A DNA stretch of 64,000 bases from Aplysia californica (Eukaryota): the NCBI RefSeq assembly GCF_000002075.1, contig NW_004797396.1, forward strand, positions 534,616 to 598,615. Reading direction: 5' to 3'. The position numbers were made by a program, and so were the translations under genes. The notes under the pieces are model-generated. The model did no database searches and was not told the DNA's origin. It saw only the letters and a list, made by a program, of their open reading frames with translations. Within the stretch, counting starts at the first letter, position 1. The number at the start of each line of letters is the position of its first letter. Below, one piece after another: positions 49,201-60,100 of this stretch.

Positions 49201-52200
49201 NNNNNNNNNNNNNNNNNNNNNNNNNNNNNNNNNNNNNNNNNNNNNNNNNNNNNNNNNNNNNNNNNNNNNNNNNNNNNNNNNNNNNNNNNNNNNNNNNNNN
49301 NNNNNNNNNNNNNNNNNNNNNNNTTCCACACAAGGCTAAAAGCAGAACAAACAAAATAAAAATATTTCATTATTGATCTTTGATAATCACAAGTGCAGAC
49401 TAAACTCCCAATCCAAGGAAACGGAATATGAAAAGGCACCAAATGCATTTGACTTCACCTCAAAAAAATATATATATAATACAAGAAAAACATTTGCTTC
49501 AAGATGATGGATTTCCTTTCGACATCATTATACAGTGTACAAAAATCATTTACATACATTCTTCTGCTATTTATACCTCAAATTTAAATTAACCGACACA
49601 GATGCACACACACAAACTCAGACTAAGAACTGCTCCTAATGGCACAGAGTCTAATCTTCACCGTCACTGTACTTACAATTTAACACAATAAATGAACATT
49701 TACAGTGTTCCATTTTGCCAAACCAAATTCCAACAACTTCAATTTAGCTTCACAATAAATAGGAAAAAGACAAATGGTAAAACGAACAATTCAGGATGAA
49801 AATCAGCAGGGCAAATGAAAACATACATAGTATACATAAACGCGTACAGTCGAAATTGTCCAAGTCAGTCACCCACTGTTGAGGAGAGAAATGGTTGTCT
49901 TAGACAGATGGACATCTAAGACAGCCTCATTACAATGCAGGAACAAAAATTCAAAGGGGGCAGTGGGTTGTAGTTATTGCCCTGTGAGTCTTTTCCCACA
50001 AGTGCTTAGCCATATCAGAGCTTAGAATCATGCATAGAGAGAGTAGCTAACTGGACTGACTTGCTTGTGGGGTATTTTCATGTGAAAATCGTAAGAATTT
50101 GTGCAATCTCACCCGAGTCCCTCTAAGGAAAAATTATATTTACATTTGGAGACATTTTGGCCACCAATCTCTTTTTGAGGGGTAGAACTCTTATTTCTTA
50201 GGTTACATATTCCTATCAAATCTCCACATGTAACACAATCACTAATTCATCATCTGATCAGCAATAAACTGGTTTGTTAACTGTACGTGTGTACTAATAA
50301 TGTCTTATCAACCACATATTTTTCAGCACATATGAAGATGTAAGCACAATTTAATATGACGATTCAAACAACAACTACGATTTCAGTGCATCTCAGTTAT
50401 ACACCTAAAACATTGGCATATCATGCGAATTTATTTGACAGTAATGACAGCACTGCTTTTGCTACTATGACTACATACACTATACACTTCTATCAATACA
50501 GCCAAACAATTACTTACTCACTCACTCTCTCACACACAAGCAGGCACACACTCACGCACACATACAAGCAAACACAGATTTTTTTCCAAATATGAAGCAT
50601 ACAATGTATATATCTTCAGGCGAAAAAAAAAAGAATGCAGACATGAGGTTCAAGATCTACAGCAATAACAATGCGGAAATACCAGTGTTCAATTGACAAA
50701 TTATTTTTTTCAAAATAGGAATGTCTTTGATGAGAAAGATGGCACAAACAAATTAAAATGTATTCCAAGAATTCCAAGAAGCACAACTCAGTCAGCAGTT
50801 CAAAGTACTTACACTTAATAGAAACTGTATTACCAAATTGCAAATATAGTTATCAGCTAATTTTTTTATTTTACAAGCAAGGGGGACCAAACAACGACAT
50901 CACAGTTTGTGATGTCGCAAAACATTTATGTCCAAAATGCCACCTTAAAAACATTTATCTCTCAGGATATCAGATGGTAAAGAGCCAATATAGTAAACCT
51001 GGTTAGAAATTCAAAAACACTTTCCATTGGCAAGCTTCAGGCATTTAGGTTTTTCACTTTGAATAAATTTTTTTAGCACCCTTTGTTTGACTGAGTGATT
51101 AACTCTCAGTAAAAGGCGCACCATTTCAACTGGCTCACAACAGCATCACTCAGTTGTTTAAAATTTACAGTCATGACAAAAATCTGTCCAGCCTCTACAA
51201 ATTCCATCTTATCTTTAATCAACAAACTGTATGTTTACTGCTAGGATCATTTTTTCTTCACAGTCTTATATGCAAACAGGTTAAACAGGAGGAGCTGAGT
51301 TGTATAGAAGTTTGATATGCTGAACGCTTGGATGATAAAATTGGCAGCGTGCACAGGAGGAATAGCCTTTCGCATGCTTAGAGTTAATTCAGAGGCACGA
51401 CTTGTAAAGTAATGTGTCTTCCAAGAGACTAGCCGGAGAACACAATAAATCCTCAATAAAAAACAAAAAGCAGCTTGAGACAGACTTACACTTACAGGGA
51501 CTCTACTTAAAACTATTTGCACCGGTATCCAGCGAGTCAAACCAACAACATATGTGTCGCGACGTGGTGGAATTAGGCGTTCATCACTTTTTGACATATT
51601 TTGTTATTGGTATCATCTTAAAGCCTGTTCATTTGCCTTGCTTTTGGGGAAAACAATATTCATCTATGATGAATAGAAGTCGAAATATTTGAGATTAAAA
51701 AAGATCACGGTCGCCTCATTTCAGAGGTAGAATTAATGAGAAAATGGCCGCCAAAGTCTGGTAATTTCCATAGCTCGAGTCTTTGGAAACTGAAAATGGA
51801 CATTTTTTTAGCCTTTAATCAATGTTTTACAGTAAAATTTACACAGAAATGTACTTTTAAAAGGAAATAAAAGGTGTGGAGCCCCCCAAAAAAATTAGAA
51901 AAAGAAATGGCCAATGGTCATAAAAATGCCAATTTTTTTTAATTTATTATATTGACAAGCGCCTGATTTTACCAAGATGCCTCACATATGCATTCAAAAT
52001 TTAAAGAAAAAATGTTTCAACATCTCAAAAATAGTTATAGATGAAACACTGTGTAAAAACAAATCGTGACTTACTATAGGAAACTATTACAATAAAAAGC
52101 ATCTTGACATGTACATAGAGTTATAAATGTGAAATTTAAAGAATATGCTGTATGAACAAATTCATGAAAATTGCTGGAAAAGTTGAGCATAACCACATAT

Positions 52201-53243
52201 TTTTTTCTATATCATATGAGTGACTCGGGTTACGAAAACCAGTATTATGTCAGCATCGACAATTTTGAGAGCAACAAAAAAGGTGGTCGTGATGTTCAAG
52301 TTTTTGAGACATTATGTTTAGAAAATATGAGAAAAAATAAGAAAAAAAAATCCATTTTTCAGATCATGTTCGACTTGGTGAGATAAACAATGTGTTACTA
52401 TGGAAATGTCCTTTATGCTGCACGCTAGTTCCATATCAATGTGTTCGTCTTTTCAAACTCATTGTATTGTCCACAGTTCTAATAAACATATTCAACCAAA
52501 TTGAACTGGATAAGGTTTTAGCCAAAACCCTTGTCTACATTTGAGGTAATGACGTCAATTTAGATACAGGCTTAAATCTAGAGTCAAATAAAACTAAAAG
52601 GTTAGTATTAAAAGTGTAATTTTCAGACATCCCTAACACTGACTATAACTATAATATTAGGCTGTAAAATTGTTTCTAAGCTTGTAAGATTGTTTTATTA
52701 GTACATGACGATGCCTTTATGTAGCAAATTATAGGCCTTTGAAATGCTCACATACATGGAGGAATTAACCAAAACTGGAAAGAAACTTCAAACATGTGTT
52801 CTTCAGTTGATACTTTTGAGTCTTTAGATTTTTCAAATAGCCATACTTCAGGCTCTAAACAAGATATTCACAAAATTCAAAAAGCAAAATGTCTGGGGAC
52901 ATGTCAATTACCAAGTGGTACTAACCACTCAAATTGTCCAAGTGATGACAAACACTGGTTTTCGCAGGCTGCTTCATACATATTACATTGTCAGGCATTT
53001 ACACACAAAAAAAACCAACTAAAGAGAAAATGTACATATTACATTTTAGCACAATAAAGCGCTTTATGACGCAATTCATTGCTTTACCCACTACTTTCTA
53101 ATAGATGAGCTGAGTGGTTGAGGTGGTGATGTGTATGTGACTGTGTGTGGTAGTGTTGGTGGGGGGGGGAGGGGAGCCACAGATGTGCAGCAAAACAATA
53201 CCCGTAAGTAAAATGAAACCATGAAAAAAATTTTAAATCTTGA

Positions 53244-54358
53244 TTACTTGCGTTGAAAATTTCTTTTGCCTCCAAATTTGCTGGTCAGCATCACATCATA
53301 GATAGCCATATCATGAGTAACCGCTTTGCACATGTCGTAAACGGTCAAAGCCGCGACCGTGACTGCAGTCAAAGCCTCCATCTCAACCCCCGTCTGACCC
53401 ACAGTGCGCACTAAAGAGGTGATCTCCACCACAGGCAGATTCTCCTCCTCCATCAACCGACACTGAACGTCCACTTTGGTCAGCGCGATGTTGTGGCACA
53501 GCGGGATCAGCTGGGGCGTCTGCTTGGCGGCCATGATACCCGCCAGCTGCGAAACTGTCAACACGTCGCCTTTCTTCATGCGGTTTTCTTTGACGAGACG
53601 CGCGGCTTCCAGGCCCAGCCACACGTAAGCCTGTGCTCGTGCTTCTCGCGTGGTCACCTTCTTTTCTCCCACGTCGACCATCATAGCCTTACCGCTGGCA
53701 TCGGTGTGCGTTAGTTTAGGTTTTCCGTTTTGACTCGACTCAATCCCGTCCTCCCTCCCCTCCTGATCAAGTAGCTCAGGCTCAAATCTTTCATTATTCT
53801 CTGCAGTCCTTCCTCCCTCTATCTTCCCTGCATTCATCACATCAGCGTAAAGCTTAGCATAATCCCCAGTCCGAACCTCAGAGTCACTGCCACTGCCTAC
53901 CGCAGGATTCACCCCAACGTTATAGCTTGTCCGAGATCCTCCTTGCATCATTTCAAGATACTTTTTTGCGTAACTCTCAAACCGATGTTCATCCTCATGT
54001 TTATTGGAACCATCACCTTGAACAATTTTATCATGGTCACTTGAGCCTGACCGTGAGCTAAAACAACGAGTAAAAACTTTCCCCTCCCGACTTGAAATTC
54101 CACCAAGGATACCTGTCTCAGGGGAAAACGGTGCAACAAACCCACTCAGGGCACTATTCACCGTTCTATTTGGTGAAGCATATTCCGAGTAACGTAACAT
54201 GGAAGTATCACAATCAACCGGACGACAAAAACTAGAAATTGAAAAATAAAAATAAAGATCTGTTCCTATCACAGGTGGGCTAAAAATACCATTATCTTCT
54301 GCCCCTGACAGCAATTCGGCTCCAGTTCTTGTATGAGATCGATGACTGTTGATTTTAT
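53244..54358 (-). CDS. MOCS1: MOCS1B (cyclic pyranopterin monophosphate synthase, MoaC domain) preceded by a long linker; last exon of MOCS1
   Basis: LTHTD.SGKAMMVDVGEK, KKGDVLTVSQLAGIMAAK.T..LIPLCH, TGVEMEALTAV..AALTVYDMCKAV, SKFGGK; acceptor ttttatcttcag with first exon base 54358, phase 1. Confidence 0.96.
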
Positions 54359-54739
54359 CTGAAGATAAAAAGATACCATTTATTATTTATGTTTGCATGG
54401 GAACAAAGCATTTCAAAGCTGAAATCAAATAGTTTTTCTCAAAAGAAACTACAACACAGTTTGTTTTGGGGTTTTTTTCCGAGTGATAGAGAAGTGAAAG
54501 GGCGTGCTAAAAGTCATAAAGCACAAGCAAAGTTGTCGCTGTTGTTGTTGCTGATGTAGCTGTTTGTAGATAGTTGCAAGTCAGCACAATTTAAGTTGCT
54601 TTTCACCAGGTACAGAATAGAATAACAGTGACAATAAAAAAGATGTAGGTGGAGGATATTGACGACACTGGAACAACCACCAACGACCCGCACCATGAAA
54701 AGAAAAGCGAGACAACAGACAAGTTTCTGTTTGTTTTTG

Positions 54740-54907
54740 GTAAGAATTTTCTGGCACATGCAACACAATTAGGTCATATAAGTGCCGAAGATTAGAGCTG
54801 TTACAAGAGAGTAACAAACACAAAAAAGAAGAAGGACGAGTTAAGGAAGATAGATGTTTAGTAGGAAAGAAGGAGCAAACCACACCAGAGCACCCGCCAA
54901 CCACCCA
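54740..54907 (-). repeat. Short dispersed repeat (SINE/LINE-tail-like, about 170 bp); copies about 925-1090, 5721-5865, 9690-9855, 15135-15306 (-), 25970-26145
   Basis: Shared motif ggtgtggtttgctccttctttcct..aaacatctatc..gttactctcttgtaacacctctaatcttcggcacttatatgacc. Confidence 0.75.
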
Positions 54908-55213
54908 CAGAGGCAAATTTGTAAGATTGAGTAAAGAGAAACAAATCAACATGATGACAATCATTTAGAGCTGGAAAAAAGCAAATTAGACACATAAACA
55001 GAAATAACAGAAGGAAAGTCAAGAAGTAGGACCCTGCCAGAGGTGCCCCCCAAACTGCCACACACCATGCTCCCTTGTACTATTTTCATGTATAGAGAGA
55101 AAACACTATCAATACTTCCACAAGAGACACAGCGATGACTGGACTCGAAAAGAAAGTATTGCCACAAACATAGGCTGAATTTGTAGGTGTAGCCAATACA
55201 AGTTGATGCTTTT

Positions 55214-55519
55214 TTAACTCTTTAAACCCCATCGGACGTTGGGAGCGTCCAGCGGTAATAACCCTGTTCCCCATTGGAGGCTGGGAGCGTCCGATACTAG
55301 TGACAACTGTTTCATTTTATATAGTGTTAGTTTTTGCTTGTTTTTTGGAACTATACCCAAACCAAGTTTTTTTAAAGTAATAACTAAGCATTCGTTTCCG
55401 TCATTTAGAAGTCGGAGGCAAGCTTTTGGGGTTATAATGAGGCATAGTGCACCAGGTTTAGGTGACTGTAGAACAAAACTCCGGGAACTGTGGAAAAAAC
55501 TCGGGGTTTGAAGAGTTAA
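55214..55519. mobile_element. piggyBac-type MITE in a MOCS1 intron
   Basis: TTAA-ctctttaaacccc ... ggggtttgaagag-TTAA: inverted termini flanked by TTAA. Confidence 0.65.
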
Positions 55520-57083
55520 ATAGAAAATAAATTATTGTACCATTAGACTAACCATCTTACAACAAAGTGAATAATTTCAACTCATCAGTGATTGCTATGC
55601 ACTGTCCCCGATGCTTTTTTTGTGCATGTTACTCTCTATTTATACCTCTAAACATCAGCACTTATATGACATATCTGTGCTGCAAGTGCTGTAAAACTCT
55701 TACTAAAACTTAAGTCTTTCATGCTGACATTGCCTACTATAGCCATTGACTTTTTGATTTCCTGGTCATCTGTAACCCCCCACCACCACCACACAACCTG
55801 TTTTTCCCCTCAAGAATATTATGTATCACCATGCGGTGGAATCAGGCGCTTGTCAATGTTGGCGCATCTGGACTTATTGGAATAACCTCAAAGTCTCAAA
55901 GCGTGTTAATTTGTTGTTGGTTTTTTTAATGAGAAATATATCAATCTATCTCGAACAGAAGTCAATTAATTGTGATTGAAGAAGGTGGAGATCGCTGGGG
56001 TCAGGAGTAAAATTTGGAAGAAAATGGCCACCAAAATCTGGCGACTTCTAAAGCTTGAGAATCATGGGAAACTGCAAAGTGACATTTTTTTGTGCCTCTG
56101 ATCAATGTTTTTACCATCAAATTCACATAGAAATTTATTTATAAATGGACATAGGGGCTCTCGTGGTCTAGAGGTACGGTGTTCGCCTCACATTAAATAG
56201 GTACCAGGTTCGAAACCTGACAGCGACGGGACAATTTTCTTCTCTGGAACGTTCTCCATTCACCTCATTTCCTGCTCTCTAGCTATGTTCTGTCGTCTCC
56301 TCTTTCTGCCCCCTCCCCTCCATTCCCTTTACCCCCTCCTCTTGGCTCCTGACTCTTTCTGCTGCCTCCATGATTCTTTCTTACTGTTGTCTTTCAGCCA
56401 CACCACAATGTGGTGGCCAGGAGCCAGGGAACTTATATTGGAAGAAACAAAAGGGTCAAATCCAAACTGACAAAGACAAGGTGAAAATTTCCCCCTTTGA
56501 TTACAAAATATTTTTAAATTTACTCTCTCCATTCCAGCAGCTGTTTCTTTCAAGTCTCCGGTCTGTAACGCATACTTATAATAAAACAAAACATGAAAAA
56601 GGATGCATGACAAATTATTTCTCCATCATGATTTCCAAGAACATCATTTTTTAAGGAAAATTCCAGGAAAACATGGCAAAAGGATGCCCAAGAAGAAGAT
56701 GGGAATTGGGACATTACTGAACAAATGTAGAAAAGTGTTACCAAGACAGGATGTATGGCATAAGAAAAAAGTACAGTCGAACCTGCTCTAACAACCACAA
56801 CCTGTCCCAGACAATTACCAGGACAAATGAACCAAGACAATTACCTGTACAAAAGAGCACATCCCACTCACCCCCTGAGTTTTTCTTTTCTACACCATAA
56901 TGACACTGTTCAAGAGAACCCCCTTGTCTAAGTGATCACTTTTCTCCCTACCAGTGGGTGGTTCTTTTGCACAGGTTCTCTTGTACTTTCAAATGGGCTG
57001 TCAGGAAGACTGCGCTACGAAAATTATTCTACTGAGAAAAAAAGATTTCGGGGTGTGAAAAGAATCAGTGTAGGTCTACTAAC

Positions 57084-57166
57084 CAGAAATTTGACGGTGA
57101 CAGGCTTGTGTCACCCCCCGATAAGAATCATAGGTCGGTTCTCCATCTGGGATAAATTGGTCATAC
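57084..57166 (-). CDS. MOCS1: MOCS1A terminal exon ([18 protein letters not shown]) with stop at 57113-57111 and donor 27 nt after the stop
   Basis: ttcctag|GT ATG ... ATC GGG GGG TGA ... CTG|gttagt; conserved MoaA double-glycine C-terminus; too short for the ORF track. Confidence 0.9.
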
Positions 57167-60100
57167 CTAGGAAATAAACATGATAGTTTATTTGTAAGAA
57201 AAAACAGCATTGTAGACCGTCCTGTCAAGAATGTAATGGCTCTTGAAGGCCAAAATCATTGAATCATATTCATAACAGATTACGAGGAATCCTTGCATGT
57301 GTATTCACCATGAAGAAAAAGGATGGTCCTCTAGTCTCAGTTATCTGTACTGTTTGGTTCCCAAAGAAATGGCAGCCATTTTCTAAATTTGAATCCAAAT
57401 TGCCCAGATTCAAACTCTATGTTCTACCTGTACTCTAACTGTCACTCAATCATCAAGGAATCTTTTACAATGTTAAAACTGGTATAAGATCTAACTTTGC
57501 ACAGAGCTGTTTTTCTTGAAGCAAAATACAGTCGAGTTTGCTATAACGATCACCCGTCCAAGACAACCACTTGTGCAAACACACACTTCCCACTTCCCCC
57601 TTTGTGTTTTTTCTATATTATAAGGACACTGTCCCTGAGGACCACATGTCTAAGATGATCACTTTTCTCCCCAACAAAAGGTGGTCATCTTGGACAGGTT
57701 CGACTGTGCTTTTTTAAAATTCGTATTTATAGTGGGCATAATAAACATAATTTTTCACAAAGTGTCAAATCATGACAGACATTTTCTCAAGTAAATGAAA
57801 TTACATCACAAAAATCTTCCACGCCTTTGCATAGGTGAGAAGTAGCGTCTCAGTGCCATATAAAAAAGTGACATATGACGGAGTCACCAACATACGCAGC
57901 AGTATGTAAATAAAAAATGTGTAGAGCATAAGTATTCACAGACAGCTCCCTGCAGAAAACCAACAATTCATTGTTTCCATTGTCATGAAATTGCAGTCTT
58001 GTAACTAAACGAATCGGAGTGATGAATCAGTCAGGTTTTGTCATTTATCTGCCTTGGGCTTCACTGTGCTTAATGACATTATTGATTCATTATGACAATG
58101 TGAATGCCAAAGGGTAGGTCCCAGGCACAGAAGTGGCCCCAGTGAAACAAGAAAAGCAAACACAAATGACATATCAGCACACACAAAGACTCAAACCTGA
58201 ATGCAGACAAAGTACACATATCATTGAGTCACAAGCAATCCTCCTAAGTCTGTTAGGGTAGTTTTTACATCAGAGACAAAAAACTGGTTTTTGTTGTGTT
58301 GTTCCTATCAGGCATCAGAGACAAAAAACTGGTTTTTGTTGTGTTGTTCCTATCAGGCATCAGAGACAAAAAACTGGTTTTTGTTGTGTTGTTCCTATCA
58401 GACATCAGAGACAAAAAACTGGTTTTTGTTGTGTTGTTCCTATCAGACATCAGAGACAAAAAACTGGTTTTTGTTGTGTTGTTCCTATCAGACATCAGAG
58501 ACAAAAAAACTGGTTTTTGTTGTGTTGTTCCTATCAGACATCAGGAAAAGCAAGAAAATTGTAAGCTTTGATCATACTATTAGACTGCCTTTTGATCATG
58601 CTGAAAAGTGCATCTTTGAGACAGTGCAAAAATCGAAAATTCTCAATTGCTTGCAACAGCGATATGTGCAAACGCATAAATGTACACACTAAAACATATT
58701 ATACAGCTATCCCTTGACACAAGACCTTTAAATAAACAATGCCCTTCCTTTCATTATCCTCTTATTGTCAGACTGAAGCAGTTTATCATGCACAAACCCC
58801 AGCCCTTCATTACACATGACATACTTGTGCATTTACAGGTTTTGAGACCTTCATGACGTAAAACAAGGATGCTTTAAATAAGGTGGACTATTGAAAATAC
58901 ACATGAACAGCACAGCATACATGCAGAGACTTTTTCAAAATTTGCCATTAATACAAATCAGAAAACATGCAAGCACCAAGTCAAACTAATGCTGAAGTCA
59001 TAAACTAATATATAAAATCACAGCAAGTCTCAAGAAATAAAGTTCTAATAAATAATACAATTCTAAGAAGAAAGTCAATGTCTCCCTTTTTGTATGTTTA
59101 TGTACGTATTTCTTTTCTGAACCTGTTTATACCGTAAAAAAAAAAAAATATCTGAACAAACATTGACACTTTAAGGTGAATTTAGAGTTTCATTCCATTC
59201 AGTGACTTCAGCATTATTTTCCACAGGCACGATCAGCTTGCACAAAGTCAAGACCACCTACCAGCATGCTGCTTCTTTTTTCTCTTGACTGCAGCTCCTA
59301 TCACATCCAACAGTTCAGCCTCTGGCATATTTTCTCTGAGAGCATCTCTCAATGACACCTCAGCATTTCCATGAAGACACACCTGAAAAGATTGAAAAAA
59401 AAATCTTACCCAGTCCATCTGAGGTTCAAACTTCACACTGAAAAAAAGCCACTTACAGAAAATGGCTGAGTTAAGGATTTAATGAACAAGTGTTGAGCAT
59501 GGAATTGAGCAAAGAAATAATTCCTTGGGTTAAGGAATTTTTTTTTGTCCACTTACATGATCTACTGGCATGATATGTTTCTATTTATAACTCTATGCAA
59601 GCCTAACCCTGTCCCATTCTGTGCCCAGCTGAGTTTTTACAGGTGTTTCTTTTCAGTTTAGTTAGGACTCTTAGCATAATGATGACCAGTCTGGGCAAGG
59701 AAATTCAAGACAGCTGGCACCAATCTCTTGGGCAACACATATCAATAAGGTGATGATAATAATAATTTGTTTTAGTAGAGGTTTTACGGCGCTCGCAATT
59801 GCATAAGGTCATATGAGCGCCAAGGGGTGGATGTCGACAGAGAAGTCCTTAGAGGAATCAGACTTACTCTGCTCATCTCTCTAGCTTCAACAGCACAAAG
59901 TCTGCTTTGACTATCATATCAAGGCACCCCAAAAATAGCGGGGAACGCGCCTAACGACACTCCAGTCAGTGGCACCGTCCGTGACGGGGGGGGGGGTAAA
60001 TAATAATAATATTAATAATAATAATAATAATAAACAGAATTTGTATAGCACATGCCCTCGCTCAACAGCAAGCCCTATGCACTTTACACTATAATATTAA

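Noticed and set aside
38915-53243. Additional gene between neurexin and MOCS1
   Set aside because: No ORF with recognisable protein character; consistent with long convergent 3' UTRs and repeats. Poly(A) sites cannot be fixed from sequence alone.
56153-56230. tRNA gene
   Set aside because: A and B boxes are present but it continues into a body shared with other dispersed copies; it is a SINE head.
57084-57113. Stop-codon readthrough (TGA-C) from MOCS1A into MOCS1B
   Set aside because: The donor after the stop is phase 0 but the MOCS1B acceptor is phase 1, so readthrough would be out of frame and terminate within about 30 codons.
57896-57949. Possible 54-nt poison exon in a MOCS1 intron (ctgcag|GGAGC...CTGC|gtatgt on the - strand)
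   Set aside because: Supported only by splice-like motifs, which occur commonly by chance.
58268-58543. CRISPR-like array of palindromic repeats
   Set aside because: Units are contiguous with no unique spacers, no cas genes, eukaryotic intron.
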